A stretch of DNA of 63,541 nt, the filler included, from Reclinomonas americana ATCC 50394 (lineage: Eukaryota), in assembly GCA_048213135.1 (NCBI GenBank). It is 8 parts of 3 records of this genome, joined end to end, with 100 filler letters (N's around TTAATTAATTAA, not from the genome) between each part and the next. Parts side by side here need not be neighbours in the genome. Positions count along the whole stretch, not along the records: positions 1 to 6,856 come from PS015604.1; positions 6,957 to 12,421 come from PS015604.1; positions 12,522 to 29,907 come from PS015604.1; 5 more parts are not named here. One strand, 5' to 3'. The notes below the pieces were generated by a model. It searched no databases. It was not told the DNA's origin and saw only the letters and a list, made by a program, of their open reading frames with translations. Positions 1 to 12,900 of this stretch are shown in pieces (the stretch's first letter is position 1; each line of letters begins with the position of its first letter). A program made the translations under genes and the position numbers.

Positions 1-9
1 TTTCGTTCG

Positions 10-68
<59 letters not shown>

Positions 69-241
69 ATCGACCCTCTTGTTGTGCGTGTCTGCTTTGC
101 TGTGTCTGCCTCTCTCTCGCAATGTTTTCTCTTACTGCTTGGCTCTGTCTCTCTCTCTCCATCCCTCTACCTTTCCCTTTCCCCCCTTTCCCCTTTCCCC
201 TCTCCCTCCCCTCACTTCCCCTTTCCCTTCCCCTCACCCAG

Positions 242-3200
242 ATCGAACGTGGTGCAAATCGAGCACGTGATTGGCGAGAAGCAGCGCCGTCTCGAGCGCG
301 TGGTGCAGGCCGACGAGGAGGCGAAGCAGTCGCTGCAGGAGCACGTGGAGTTGCAGGGGAACCTCGAAGAGGAAGCGACGCGCGTGGACGAGATTATGGC
401 CAAGACCGAGGCTCGCCTGACGCAAGTGGAGCGCGAGTTGCAGGATCTCAAGGACACGCAGTACAAGCGCTCGACTGCGCTGTTTGCGTTGAGGCGCGAG
501 GAGGTGACTGATCTCTTCCTCTTTGTGTGCGCGCTTGTTTTTCTTGCTCTCTCTCTCTCTATGTCTCTATTTCTCTCATTTCCTCTTTCGCTCATACTGC
601 GCTTTCATCCATGCTCGCCTCTCCCTTTCTCTCCTTCCCTTTCATTCCTTCTCGTATCTTCGTACTGTCCTTGAAGCTGTGCTTGCTCAACTATCTTTTC
701 TGCTGTGCTCATCTCTCTTCCCCCATCTCCTCTCCCTCTCTCTCTTCCCCCTTCCCCCTTCCCCCACACATTTTCCCTTCTTTTGTTTCTCTTCGGTTTT
801 TCTCTCTTTGTATTCACCTGCGCCCAGTTTTGCTCTCGCTCTTCTCTCTTTCTCTTTCCCTCTCGCTCTCTTATTTCCACCTTCCTTTTTGCCTTCCATC
901 TCTCACTTTCTATCCTTTCCCCTTCCGCATCTCTCTGTATCTTCACCTGCGCCTAATTCTGCGCTCACTTTTCTCTTTTTCTCTCTCTCCCTCTCTCCTT
1001 CCCTCTCTCTCCCTCCCTCTCTCTCTTTCTCTCCCTCTCTAACTTTTTCCATTTCCTTCCCTCTCAGTTGAGCAAGAACAGCTTGAGCATGGCAACTATC
1101 AATTCTGCTCTGCTCATCACTCTTCCCTCTCTCCCTTCTCCCTTTCCCCACTCATTTTCCTTCTGTTTCTCTCTCTTTCTGCGCTCGGTCTTCTCTCTTT
1201 CTCTTTCCCTCTTCTCCCCCCTCGCTCTCTCATTTCCACCTTCCTTCCACCTCTCACTTACTTTCCTTCCCCTTTCCCCCTTCCCCCAATACCTTCCTTC
1301 TCCCTTCTCCCTTATCACCCTCCCTTCCCCCTTCCCCCCTTTCCCTTATCCCCCCTTTCCCTTCACTCACCCCCCTTCCCCTCCTCCCTCCACAGGCCAA
1401 CTTGATCGCGGAGATCGCCGGCTGCCGCTCGCAGAACAAGAACATGATGGCCAAGCTGCAGCAGCTGGATGCCGAGTCCTTCAAGCAGCAGGAGCTGCTG
1501 TACAACATTGAGTTCCAGATCCAGCAGCAGGAGCGCCGCGTGAACCGCGCCGAGGGCGACCGCAGCGAGGAGGAAAAGGCGATTTTGAATGAGAAGATCG
1601 AGCAGCTGCAGGTGGCGCTGGAGGAGGTCACCGGGCGCTGCAAGATGCTGAACGGACAAGTCACTCGCGTGCTGAGCGAGGTGCGCAAGGCCAAGGTCGC
1701 CGCCGCGGAGAAGCAGTTTGCCAAGCAAAAGGTGTCGGAGAAGATCATGGAGCTGCGATTGGAGAATGACACGTTGCGTTGTCAAAGAGGGGAAAGCTAG
1801 TTTTTTTCTCCAATCTTGTCGATGCTCATCGTCTCTCCCGCAGTTGCGCGCAAGAGCTGCGAGAGCTGGCCAAGCAGCGCGAGGACATGATGGTCGATCA
1901 CGACGTGCTCAAGCTGCAAGTCAAGCGGCTGCGTGACATTCTCAATGCGCGCAGCGACGAGGTGTTTGGACTGGAGAACCGCAAGGGTCAGCTGGAGATC
2001 ACGCTGCAGGAGCGTGAAACCGAGATCCGCGTGTACAGGTCTCGTAGTTGACTGGATGCCCTCTTCCCCCCTCTTTCACGCCTGCTCACTTTTTTTGCGC
2101 CTCCACAGAGATACACTGTCGTCGGAGCTGCGCATGATGGACGAGGAGCGCAGCAAGTTGGTGCGCGAGCTGAAGGAGCGCGAAGCGCAAGTCGACCGAC
2201 TGCGCAACCGGTACGAGATTCTCATGACACGACTCCGCGTCAACGATCCAGACGGCGACGCAGACGGCGAAGCTCTGCAAGCCAAGTTTATCATCAAGGC
2301 GGCGCAGGAGCGCGAGGCTCTGATGCGCACCGGTGACGAGCTGGATGCGCGCATTCAGAAGCTGCTCAAGGAGGAGAAGTCGATGCGCAAGTCGCTCAAC
2401 TTGCTGCGCGCCAAGAATGTGGGGTGCGTTGTGGTTTTGTGGTGGGGGGAGGGCTGATGTCACCGGTGGATGAACTCATCCGTTTCTTGCAGATTCCAGC
2501 AGAGTTTCCACAAGGCCGACGGCAGCAGTGCCGAGGCGCAGAAGAAGACCGATCTTGATGAGGTGGGTGGTCGTCGTGATCGGAGGTGAATGACTCGTGT
2601 GTATCTCACTCGTAGGTGTGTGGTACACAGAAATTGCACAAGGCGCGTGCGTCGCTGCAAAAGATGCGCACCGAAATGCTGGAAATCGAGGACATTAACG
2701 AGAAACTACGGGTGCGTGATGGTGGTAGTGATGGCGATGCATTGTTGTGATGTTAACTTTCATGTGTGATGCAGAACGACTTGGAGGCCATTGAAGCGCA
2801 AGAAAAGGGCGACGTCGCGCACGAGATTGCCGAGTCGCAAGAGCAGAAGCAAGCACTGCAGTCGGAGACCAAGACGCACGCGGAGCGTCTGGGCACATAC
2901 ATGCGCAAGAAGCAACGGTGAGAAAGAGAGAGAGAGAGAGAGCCTGCGCACCCTCCCCCTTTTCGCCCATCATTTACTCACACTACATGCTAACGCCACA
3001 GAGCTCTGCGATCACTGAAAGAGAAGCACGGTGTACCCGACGAGGAACTGCATCCGATTGAGAAGGACCTCATGATTGCCGAGATGCGCGACCGAAATCG
3101 CGAGGCTCTGAACCTGCTGCTGCAACTGGGCAAGATCAATCCGGCGCTGCGCGATCCCTTGGAGGAGATGACGCAGCGATTCGGTCTGCAACGCACTCGG

Positions 3201-3368
3201 TCGAGCTCTGGTCGTGACAGCGCACGCAGTGATCGCTCGCTGGGCTCGCGACCGGGCTCAGCACGCAGTGTGTCGAGTGCACACTCGGCGGTCAGTGGTG
3301 CAAGTGCAGGCAGTCAGCACAGTTCGGCTCGCCAGGTCATTCCCAGGACAATATCGCTGGGGTTGTAG
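242..3368 (+). CDS. CCDC39: Coiled-coil domain-containing protein 39 (axonemal 96-nm ruler), 5'-partial, 8 visible exons
   Basis: Spliced frame gives ...LIAEIAGCRSQNKNMMAKLQQLDAESFKQQELLYNIEFQIQQQERRVNRAEG...DHDVLKLQVKRLRDILNARSDEVFGLENRK...FIIKAAQEREALMRTGDELDARIQK, matching CCDC39/FAP59 as I recall it; GT-AG introns; TAG at 3366-3368. Confidence 0.9.
675..1083. mobile_element. Possible MITE-like insertion inside a CCDC39 intron
   Basis: 18-bp inverted repeat (agctgtgcttgctcaact / agttgagcaagaacagct, 1 mismatch) flanked by TGA on both sides; no coding capacity; interior pyrimidine-rich. Confidence 0.35.
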
Positions 3369-3407
3369 TAATGTACAAACATGTGCAATGTGGTGTGACA
3401 AAACCAT

Positions 3408-3873
3408 CTATATCGGATTCATTCCTCCCTGTTGCTCCTCCTCTCCATCCTCGTCCTCGTCGTCGTCATCGTTATCACCTCCATGGTTCGCATCCCGGCG
3501 GCTACCACGCGTTGGCTGCAATCCCATCGCATCCATGGCCGCCTGTCCACCACCATACAACGCCCGTTCTGCCAGGTAAAACTTGACGAGATCGTGCCGG
3601 CGATGCGGTGCACTGTCGGTGCGAACCGCCTCGGCCAACAGACGCAAATGCACCCGCCGTGCGGTGCTCGTCATCGTCTCCAGCACGTGGTGCATCAGGT
3701 CGAGGGTGCGCGGCAGCAGCGTCCAGTGACACACCATCATCACCGACATCACAATGGGGAACGCATACTGCGCCGACTCGGACGAGATGCCGACAAACGC
3801 ATGCACCGCGTCAAAGCAGTACGTTGACTGCGTGGGAGAACAGACAGTGAGCGTTGTCGTACATACAAGAGCA

Positions 3874-3909
<36 letters not shown>

Positions 3910-6856
3910 GCGGCTCACCCATGGACTTGTTGCGTCAAAGGTCTGCAGAATGAGCGCAATATTATCCTGCGCGCGTTCCGCCACCCGTCCAGACACGTTC
4001 TGCGATGCAGTTCTTCGATGTGAGCACGGCGCACGAAGGCACTCTGAAGAGCTTCACCGGAAAAAAGTCGCAACTCGGAACACTCGCTCGAGGTAATGCG
4101 GCACGAATAGCACACAGCAAGGGTGGCGCTTTGCGAGCAGCTCCAAGAACAGTGCTCGGGCGGCGGTGCGCAACTCCAGAATGCGACTCTCCAACAGGCG
4201 AAAGAACCAGTCACCGAGGACCAAGTTCACGTGCTCCTCAGTGACAGCCGTGCTCAGGTGGTGTTTGACCACTCGACCGTAGAACGCCAAGCGCGACGCT
4301 ATCACACGACCTGCACTGCATGTGAGTGGCACAATTCAAGCCTCACATCAATGGTGAACACCACACCTTGCTCGGGTACTTCCAACTCGCGCAGCGTCTC
4401 CGTGACGACGTGTCGTACAGTGGCGTCGGAAAGTGCTTGAATAATGCGTACCACTGTTCCAAGTCCCTCCATCACCGCGGCGAATTCGGTGTACGAGAGA
4501 GCGCGCAACACCGCCAGCTCCTGCGTCATATCTGCAAGGCCATGAACAACGGCACCACATACGCTCGTGTCACGTCTCTTTTCTCACCTTCATGAACGAG
4601 ACCGTGGAGAGCGCTGAGTAGCACACTGGTAAACATGTACCAGGCGTGGAAGAACCTGCGTAAGGGGGTCACGTTGGCGAGTCCGTCTGCCGCACGCGAC
4701 GAGCATCCGAGTCAGCAAGCCACCCAGCGTTGACAAGATACCATCGTACGTACCTCGCTTCAGGTTCTCGTCCACATGCGCTGCCCAAGCCTTAAAGTAT
4801 CGCTCACAGGCCGTCTCCACCGTCTGCAGCACAGCTGTTGGTGACGGATGCACTGTCAACAGGTGCGCCAGGGCCGCGGCCGATCGTTGCACCGTCGCAA
4901 AGATGGCCGACCGCACATGCGTCGCCAATGTCTACAGACAGCACACACACATATGTTGGAAAAACAATGGAAGAGAACCAGCAGCAGCTGGCAAACCACG
5001 ACTTACATGGTTGACGACCGACAGCGCCAAGCCCGGCACTCCATCGCTCCTCAGCAGTGAATCGTACAGGAACAAGACGCGCAGTGCCGCACCAAGAAGG
5101 GCATCGCAAACAGGCTGCGCGAAGGAACAGTTCAATGCACAGAACAGAGTGCTGACAAACAACCAACCTCAAGACGCACCGACAGCCACGAAGCAGGCAC
5201 GTTTCGTGAGCACCACACAATCGCAAATAGCGCCGTCAGTTCTGCTTGCGAGTCGCCTGTGCACGCGTCGCGTTAGTGTGTACGTGCACTTCTTTCGCTT
5301 CCGTTGCATACCAGGACGCAACTTGGATCCACCACTCGCGACCACTCGTTGCAAATCTCTCGACATACAGTGGCCGCCAGTGTCCGATCAGGCTCCTCTC
5401 CCGCGCCAAACAGCTTGACAAACGCAGCACAACCGACAAGACTCATCAGGCGCGTCACTGCGGCACAACCAATGAGCCAGACTGCTGCGAAGAACACCGC
5501 GTCCACTCACAAACCTTGCTTGCCACCCGGGTCCGTCCACTGCGCCATGCACACCTCCACCACACGTCGCACGTACTCGTCGTGTCGCTCGCTGGTACCG
5601 GCGGCAGCCACCGCCGCGGCCGATCGCTTCTCTCGTAGCCGCAACAGAGTGAATAGTGAAGTGAAGAAGCGCGCGGCTTGCAGCGCACGCAGTGCACTTG
5701 GCGAAGCACCGGAAGCAGAAGCCTTGGCTGGCGGCTTCACCAGCGCGCCGATGCTCGTCAACACGAGAGACACCAACTCGCACACCGATGTCATCTCCAG
5801 CACACTGGCAAATGAGGCCAGGCAGCGGAACACCTGCCCGTGTGCTCCACTGCGCAAGAAAGATGTGAGTGGCGCAAGAGGAGAGGTTGTTCCACACAAC
5901 TCCCTCTCTCTCATCTCACACACCGCGACAAAAGCATCCCGTTAGAGAGCAAATTGCGTGCCATCATCAACACCAGTTCCCGTTCCTTGCTATCCTTCAC
6001 AAATGCTACGTACACAGAAGGAAGCGTGAACACACAGAGAAAGCGATGACCCAGTCAAACGAGAGCACCTCCAATGGCAAACAGCAGTGCGAGAAAGGCC
6101 GAGAATAATGCCGGCGACGTCATGTGGCGGGTGAGTAGTTGCCGGCACACGCGTGCACACACGACGCCGTACTCGTGCTCGTCGTCGGTCACACTCACAC
6201 CTTTCGAGCCGCGTTCCTCTGCAACAACAACAGCGAGCCAGATGAGGAAGCGTTCGTACACGACCCCTCTCTCATCCCGTCGTCCACTCACCAACAATCT
6301 CCGACGCCCATCTGCTGAGCACCAGAAGCAACTGCTGCACCACGAGGAGAATCTCGTCAGGCTTGAGCGCAGGCAGCGGATTGCTGGAAACTGGATCTTG
6401 CCCGGCTTCACGCAGACGCTGCACGAGTTTCGGAATGCATTCACGCAATAACCGCGACGAGGCAAACGACAGGTACGACACATTCTCGGCGACAAACGCC
6501 AACAGTGTGAGGAACTGGAGAGCACGTCAGCAAAGTTTCTCTTTCATAAACGTACACAGAGAGATACGCACCAGCGGCTGCTCCGTCGGCAGAGTGACCA
6601 GTAGGCGGAGAGAGTAGGCGACCTGCGCGCGCACCGTGCGATGCCACATGTTCATATCCATCTCGGCCGAGTCCGAGTGGCCACGAGCGATACCCAGCGG
6701 CATCACCACGACTCCGCTGATGCGTACATTGGTGACAATCGAACGCGCCGCCTCGGCCATCTGTGACACCCGCTGCTGCTCCAGTAGACGATTCCACCAG
6801 CGCTGAATCGCCGTGCGCGGTGTGCCGTCCTCGCGAAATCGCAAGCGCACCTGCAC
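3408..6856 (-). CDS. Large multi-exon alpha-helical (HEAT/ARM-like) protein of unknown function, 5'-partial
   Basis: Successive Leu/Ala/Val-rich exons joined by GT-AG introns; ends ...LLAEAVRTDSAPHRRHDLVKFYLAER...DDDDEDEDGEEEQQGGMNPI*. Confidence 0.7.
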
Positions 6857-6956
6857 NNNNNNNNNNNNNNNNNNNNNNNNNNNNNNNNNNNNNNNNNNNN
6901 TTAATTAATTAANNNNNNNNNNNNNNNNNNNNNNNNNNNNNNNNNNNNNNNNNNNN
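6857..6956. other. Artificial scaffold spacer (44 N + TTAATTAATTAA + 44 N); identical spacers at 12422-12521, 29908-30007, 34858-34957, 40058-40157, 47773-47872, 55628-55727
   Basis: Identical 100-nt structure with six-frame stop linker repeated seven times. Confidence 0.97.
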
Positions 6957-6980
6957 CTCACGCTTCCCTGTGTGAGGTGA

Positions 6981-9900
6981 ATGTTCGCGCATCATCACTT
7001 TGAGCGGGCAGGGTGGCCTCGTGCGACTTCTGCGCGCGATGCACACTGGGAGGGCGAGAGCAGCTCATTGTCGGCCTCGTGCTTGGCGCTCTCCACGAAT
7101 CCAGTGCATGGATGGATGCTGCTGTTGCAGCCACGCGCGTGGCACATTTACGCGCGATCACAGGTGCAGTTTGAGTTGGTCAAAGTTCACTCTCTGTGAC
7201 TTTGTGTTTGTGTGTTTGTGCTGACCTCTCGCTCTGGTGGTAGCAATGGATTCTCGTGAAGGAGATGAAGGGACGAGAGGCGGGGCTGAGCACGCGCGAT
7301 GAGTTCTTTGTGGCGATGGAGTGGCATCCGGATGGAGAACACGTCGCGTTTCTCGTTGCGTGTCTCTTCCCCCACTCCAGTCGCTATCCCTTGTGCGCGC
7401 GCATGCTCACTGTGGTGGTGGTGGTGGTGGTGGTGCAGACGGTGGATGGGAAGATCAGTGTGTACAATGTGCGACTGGAGGAGGGCGAGATGGGGCAGAG
7501 CGGGTACGAGGTGGCCGAGGTGGAGTGGTTCAAGGCCAGCTCCACGGCCGCGTCGTCCATGTCGGCGGCTGCGGCTGTGGCGCGACGCATTGGTGTGTCG
7601 CCTTCGTCGCTGTCGGCGACGGGCCCTGGTGCGGCGTCGACGGCTGCGACTGCGGCAGCGGCGTCGGTGGCGGGTCGGAAACGCAGCTCCAAGAGGAAAG
7701 GCAGTGGTGGTGCGTCGTCGCGTCGGCTGCAGGCGTCGTTGCCGTTGCAGGCGAGGNNNNNNNNNNNNNNNNNNNNNNNNNNNNNNNNNNNNNNNNNNNN
7801 NNNNNNNNNNNNNNNNNNNNNNNNNNNNNNNNNNNNNNNNNNNNNNNNNNNNNNNNNNNNNNNNNNNNNNNNNNNNNNNNNNNNNNNNNNNNNNNNNNNN
7901 NNNNNNNNNNNNNNNNNNNNNNNNNNNNNNNNNNNNNNNNNNNNNNNNNNNNNNNNNNNNNNNNNNNNNNNNNNNNNNNNNNNNNNNNNNNNNNNNNNNN
8001 NNNNNNNNNNNNNNNNNNNNNNNNNNNNNNNNNNNNNNNNNNNNNNNNNNNNNNNNNNNNNNNNNNNNNNNNNNNNNNNNNNNNNNNNNNNNNNNNNNNN
8101 NNNNNNNNNNNNNNNNNNNNNNNNNNNNNNNNNNNNNNNNNNNNNNNNNNNNNNNNNNNNNNNNNNNNNNNNNNNNNNNNNNNNNNNNNNNNNNNNNNNN
8201 NNNNNNNNNNNNNNNNNNNNNNNNNNNNNNNNNNNNNNNNNNNNNNNNNNNNNNNNNNNNNNNNNNNNNNNNNNNNNNNNNNNNNNNNNNNNNNNNNNNN
8301 NNNNNNNNNNNNNNNNNNNNNNNNNNNNNNCAGGCGTTGAAGCAAAAGGTTCGCCTCCACTGTGGTCGATTCTCGCTGCTTGTTGTTGTTTCATTCCTTG
8401 TCGTGGCCTCGGCAGACTCGTCAGTTGGCTGTGGGACAACTGCAGCAGCTGTACACCCAGGCGCTTCTGCAGGCCCAGTCGCAGGTGACGATTGTGTCGG
8501 ATCCATCGTCGGGTGGCGCCGTGATGCAGCCACCACCACCGCCTCCAGCACCATCGCTGGTCACCAGCATTGTGGAGCGCACGCATGCAGCGTGTGTGCA
8601 CAAGGTGCATGTGTCACTGGCCGGCAAGGCGCGTCTCTCGTACGGCAAGTGTCTCTGGTGAGCATTCATCCATTCATTTGCTTGACCCTCCCCGTGTTTC
8701 CTTTCGCTGACACGCGCACTCCTCGCAGCATGAGTGGCAGTGCAGATCACCTGGTCGTGGGCACCAGTTCCGGCTACCTCATCACGGTGTCGTGGAGCAC
8801 GCGACAGGTGGTTCAGGCCGTCGACATTGCCACACTGTGTCAGTCATGGTTGCAGGCGTTGCTGGAGGAGCCGGAGGACGGTGGCGACGATGGTGATTCT
8901 GAGGGCTCGCCGACATCGTCGTCGGCCAGTAGCACCAGCACGTTTCGGCGTACGAGCGATCCTGCGCGCGGTGCAGATGCTCGGTTCGTACTCTCGCACA
9001 GCGACGTTTTCCTTTCTCGCATCTCCACTGCGTCTAATCGCGAGACGTAGAGGCATTGTACCGACGCTGACGGTGCGGGAGATCATGCACCAGTCGAGCC
9101 TGCCGTACTGCTACCTGCTGCTGCTCAACAACGGTGCCGTGGCCATTGTGCAAGATGTAACCATGGTGCGCGCTAGCTTGTGACACTCCTTCTCCTCTTC
9201 TCTCTCTTCCGCCTCACGTGTCTGTTTCTAGGGTCGAGGCAGTGGCTATGTGGAGTACGTAGGACACTACGTATGCAAGCGTGGAGTTCATTCGGTTCAT
9301 CTCGCACCCGAATTACCGCGACTGGCACTGGCCACCACCAGGTGCGACGCTGCTGTAATACCATTCATTTCACTCAGCGCCTCTTACCATCTATTGTGGC
9401 GCGGGCGCGCGCATAGGCATCGCGTGGATGTGTTTGATGTGATTGTGGCGGACCAGAGGCCAGGAGGCCCGTCGTCGTCGTCGGAGTCGTCGGCACTGCG
9501 CACTCGCCGCGTGTTCACAGTGGATGTGGCGCCCGGCATTGTGACAGCAGTGCGGTGGTCTCCTGACGCGCGTCAGCTGGCCGTGGCCGTGGCGGCTCCA
9601 CCACGGTCCTTGGACGACGAGCGGTGAGTTGTGGCAGCGGTCGAAAGTTGCCAGTCGGTGTGCTGACAAGTTGGAGCAGAGAGGACGCTCTCAGTTCGCA
9701 CAAGAGCACCGATGGTGGCGCGCCGACTGCCTCACGACCCGAAGTTAGAGTTTATTGGTTGCGACAGCACGTGCAGCGAGTGGGTCCTTCGGTACTACCG
9801 CCGCACCTGCACTCGTACGGCTCACGGTGCATTCCGGCGGAGCTGGCGAGTCGTGAGCATCCCGATCGTCTGTATGCCATCACGCAAATGGTGAACAAGT

Positions 9901-12900
9901 GTTCTTTGCATGGATAGCTTGCGCTCTTTCTCTGTGTATGTGATACTTACCGCAGTTGCAGGAATGGGGAGCCGGTGGTTTCCAGTTGGTGTGCTCGAGC
10001 GACTGGATGGAGGCCGGTGACTGGTCGTCGTCGCCTGAGCTGCGCATTCAGACGTTTGCCAAGCCGCTGCACGCCGTCAACCGCACGCAACGGTGCGGAC
10101 AGACTGTGGTACTGGTCTCCGATCGCTTCTTGCTGCTGGTGATGCCGACACCGTCCGGCGTGACGCGGTGTCAGCACGTCCAACTGCCAGTCTCGTATAT
10201 GGAACAGAATTTCCCCGTGACGGTGCGTGCGCAGAGAGGGGGTGAACTGCGCTGCAATGTCGACGCCCTCTCATTCTCGTGTCGCAGTGCGCAAGCGTGA
10301 CGCTGGATGGCTTGTGGATTGTTGTGGCTGGTCGACGAGGTTGCTGCGTGTTTCGCACAGATCTGGGGCGCTGGCGTTTCTTCTCCGAGGCAGCGCACGA
10401 AAGGTCGTTTCACTGCAGCTGTGTGGGATGGATCTCGCAGCACTCGGACCCGTCTCCCTACCTCGTGCTGGCTTGCGACATGCGCACGGCGGCACAGGCG
10501 TCGGGCTACTCGTCCACGTCGCGTTCGGCACGCAACTTTGTCGTTCCGCCGGCCAGCGAATCCTCGTCGGCGTCACCTCTCTTTGCCGTGCGTCATTGTC
10601 GTACATCTGTGCGTGTGCCTCGTTAGTAAGCCACTCACCTTCACATCACGACAGTTGCGCATCTACTCTGCACGCACCCTCGACAACGACGACATTCTGT
10701 TGGAGTATCCGCTGCCGGCGCCGGCGCAATTGCTGGACATTTCCGACCCGGTGCAACCGGTCCGACTGCCGCACCGTGGCGGCCGTTCCACGACCTCGCG
10801 TTCATTCGAACCGCTGTTGACCTCTCGCACGCTGAAAAAGGAGGAGACGCGCTACATTACTGTGCTCGACGTGCGACACGTGTTGCTGCTCTTTAGGTGG
10901 ACGCAGAATGCCAACGAAGGTCTGGCGGGGCGACTGGCGATATTTGTGGATCGCATGAACTAACTGGCTTGCAGGCAACACAATGGAATTGGAGCTGCTG
11001 CGCGAGATCTCACTGTCGAATCCATACAACACATGCTCCACGGCCGTCTGCTGGATGTACACGGGCGTTGCACCGTTTGCTTTGGCTCCCGAGTCGAGGT
11101 GGGACGCTATCTGTGTTTGCGTGTATGATTCCTGGTGCTGATGTGCTTGCGCTGGAGCAGAAGGCGATCGCACTCCAAGGAGCCGCTGATGCCGGCCATT
11201 CTGCTGCAACGGCAGACTGGCTTGCTGACGATTCTCGATCCGGTGACCGAAGCAGAGGTATCTCCGTGCCTTCAACTCTTCGGTGGTTCGTTCTGTCGAC
11301 ACTCACCCACTGTACCGCATCCTAGGTGTGCGTTGGCGAGGGCATTGAGGATGTGTGGGTGCAGGACATGCATGCCGACTTGGCGCACATTGTCGTCAGC
11401 AGTTGGAACATTGGTGTCGAGGTAAGCGTGCTGTGTGTGAGGCCAGCATGTAGGTATGGGTGTTTCTCACGCGCCTCGTTTGTGTGCAGGTGTGGACGTT
11501 GAGTTGCCGGGGCAGTGCCAGTGACGGCTACTCGTGGGGATCAATAGAGTGTGAGCCGGTGCATTTGGTGGATACGGATCCAGAGACCACTCTGCTGGGC
11601 ATCCTGTCCGATGCGGGTACGGTGGTCTTTGGGCAGTGGACGCGCCCGTTTGAGAACCGGCGTATGACGCAGTCGCCGTTCGGATTGCACGTAGAGGTCC
11701 GTTGGGAGCATCTTACTTTCTCTCCTCTCTGTCGCACTCACTGTCTGATGAGCAGGAAGTGCCATTCGCACACGGCATTCTGCTCGGCATGGCGCGCCTG
11801 GGACGCACAGACTCGAGCGTGTGCGCGCAGTGGCTGACGCCGCGCACCTCCGAGTGCCTGCTGATTGCTGCACTGCTGCGATACATGGATCGGTTGGAGA
11901 AAGATCCGGCGGCCGACATGGATGAATTGCATCACGCTGCCGCCCTCTGTCGCCAGTTTCCGCATTTCCACGGTGAGCCGCGACCGTCCTTCTCTCTCTC
12001 ATTCACACTTCCGTCGCTGAGTGGTGGGTGGTTCGTCCAGATGTCACCGCCCATTGCATCCGCAAGTCCGAAATCGAGAGCCGCGAGTACCTGTATCGCG
12101 TGCTGGGCACGCATCTGGATCTGTTTCGGGTGTGTGCGGCTGCTCTCTTTCTCCTCCACCTCCTCCTCCTTCTTCTTCAATCTGACCTCGCACGTGACAG
12201 GAATGTCTGGAGCGACGAGAACTGCACGCCAGTGTGTGTCACTTGTTGATTCTGCGCGAGACCGAGGGTCTCACCTTTAGTCGCCGCATGGCGCTGCAAC
12301 TCTTGCCGATTGCCATGGACTGCTTCCTGCAAGAGGAGTTGGCGCTGACGAATGCGCAAGAGACGCACCGACCGGCGACTGTGACTGCCACTTCTGTGCC
12401 ATATGCACCGCCGTCGCTCAGNNNNNNNNNNNNNNNNNNNNNNNNNNNNNNNNNNNNNNNNNNNNTTAATTAATTAANNNNNNNNNNNNNNNNNNNNNNN
12501 NNNNNNNNNNNNNNNNNNNNNTCGCTCGTCGCGACTGCGTACTCTGATTGAGAGCACGCTTCCGTCGCCCGGTGTTGGCACGCCCACCGGTGCCATGGGC
12601 TCCTCGTCACTCAATCGAAGACGGACAACTCTGAGTGTGGGTGGTGGACTCGACGGTAGTGGTGGTGGCGCGGGTGGCGGAGGTGGCAGTGGTGGTCACG
12701 GTGGCGGCGGTGGGGGTGGTGGTGGTGGTGTGGTGGGCGGCAGTGGTTACGGTGGTGGCGGTGCGGCGATTCTCGGTGTGCTACAAGACATTGTGCGTTT
12801 CATTCTACACTCGCTGGTGGAGGAGGAGGCGGGTATGGATGTGGTGGGTGCCGACAGGCGTGCACTGCTGCGTGGTGAGAGTGCGGAAAATGTGTTTGTC

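Noticed and set aside
523..1394. Long Leu/Ser/Phe/Pro ORFs
   Set aside because: Translations of a polypyrimidine intron
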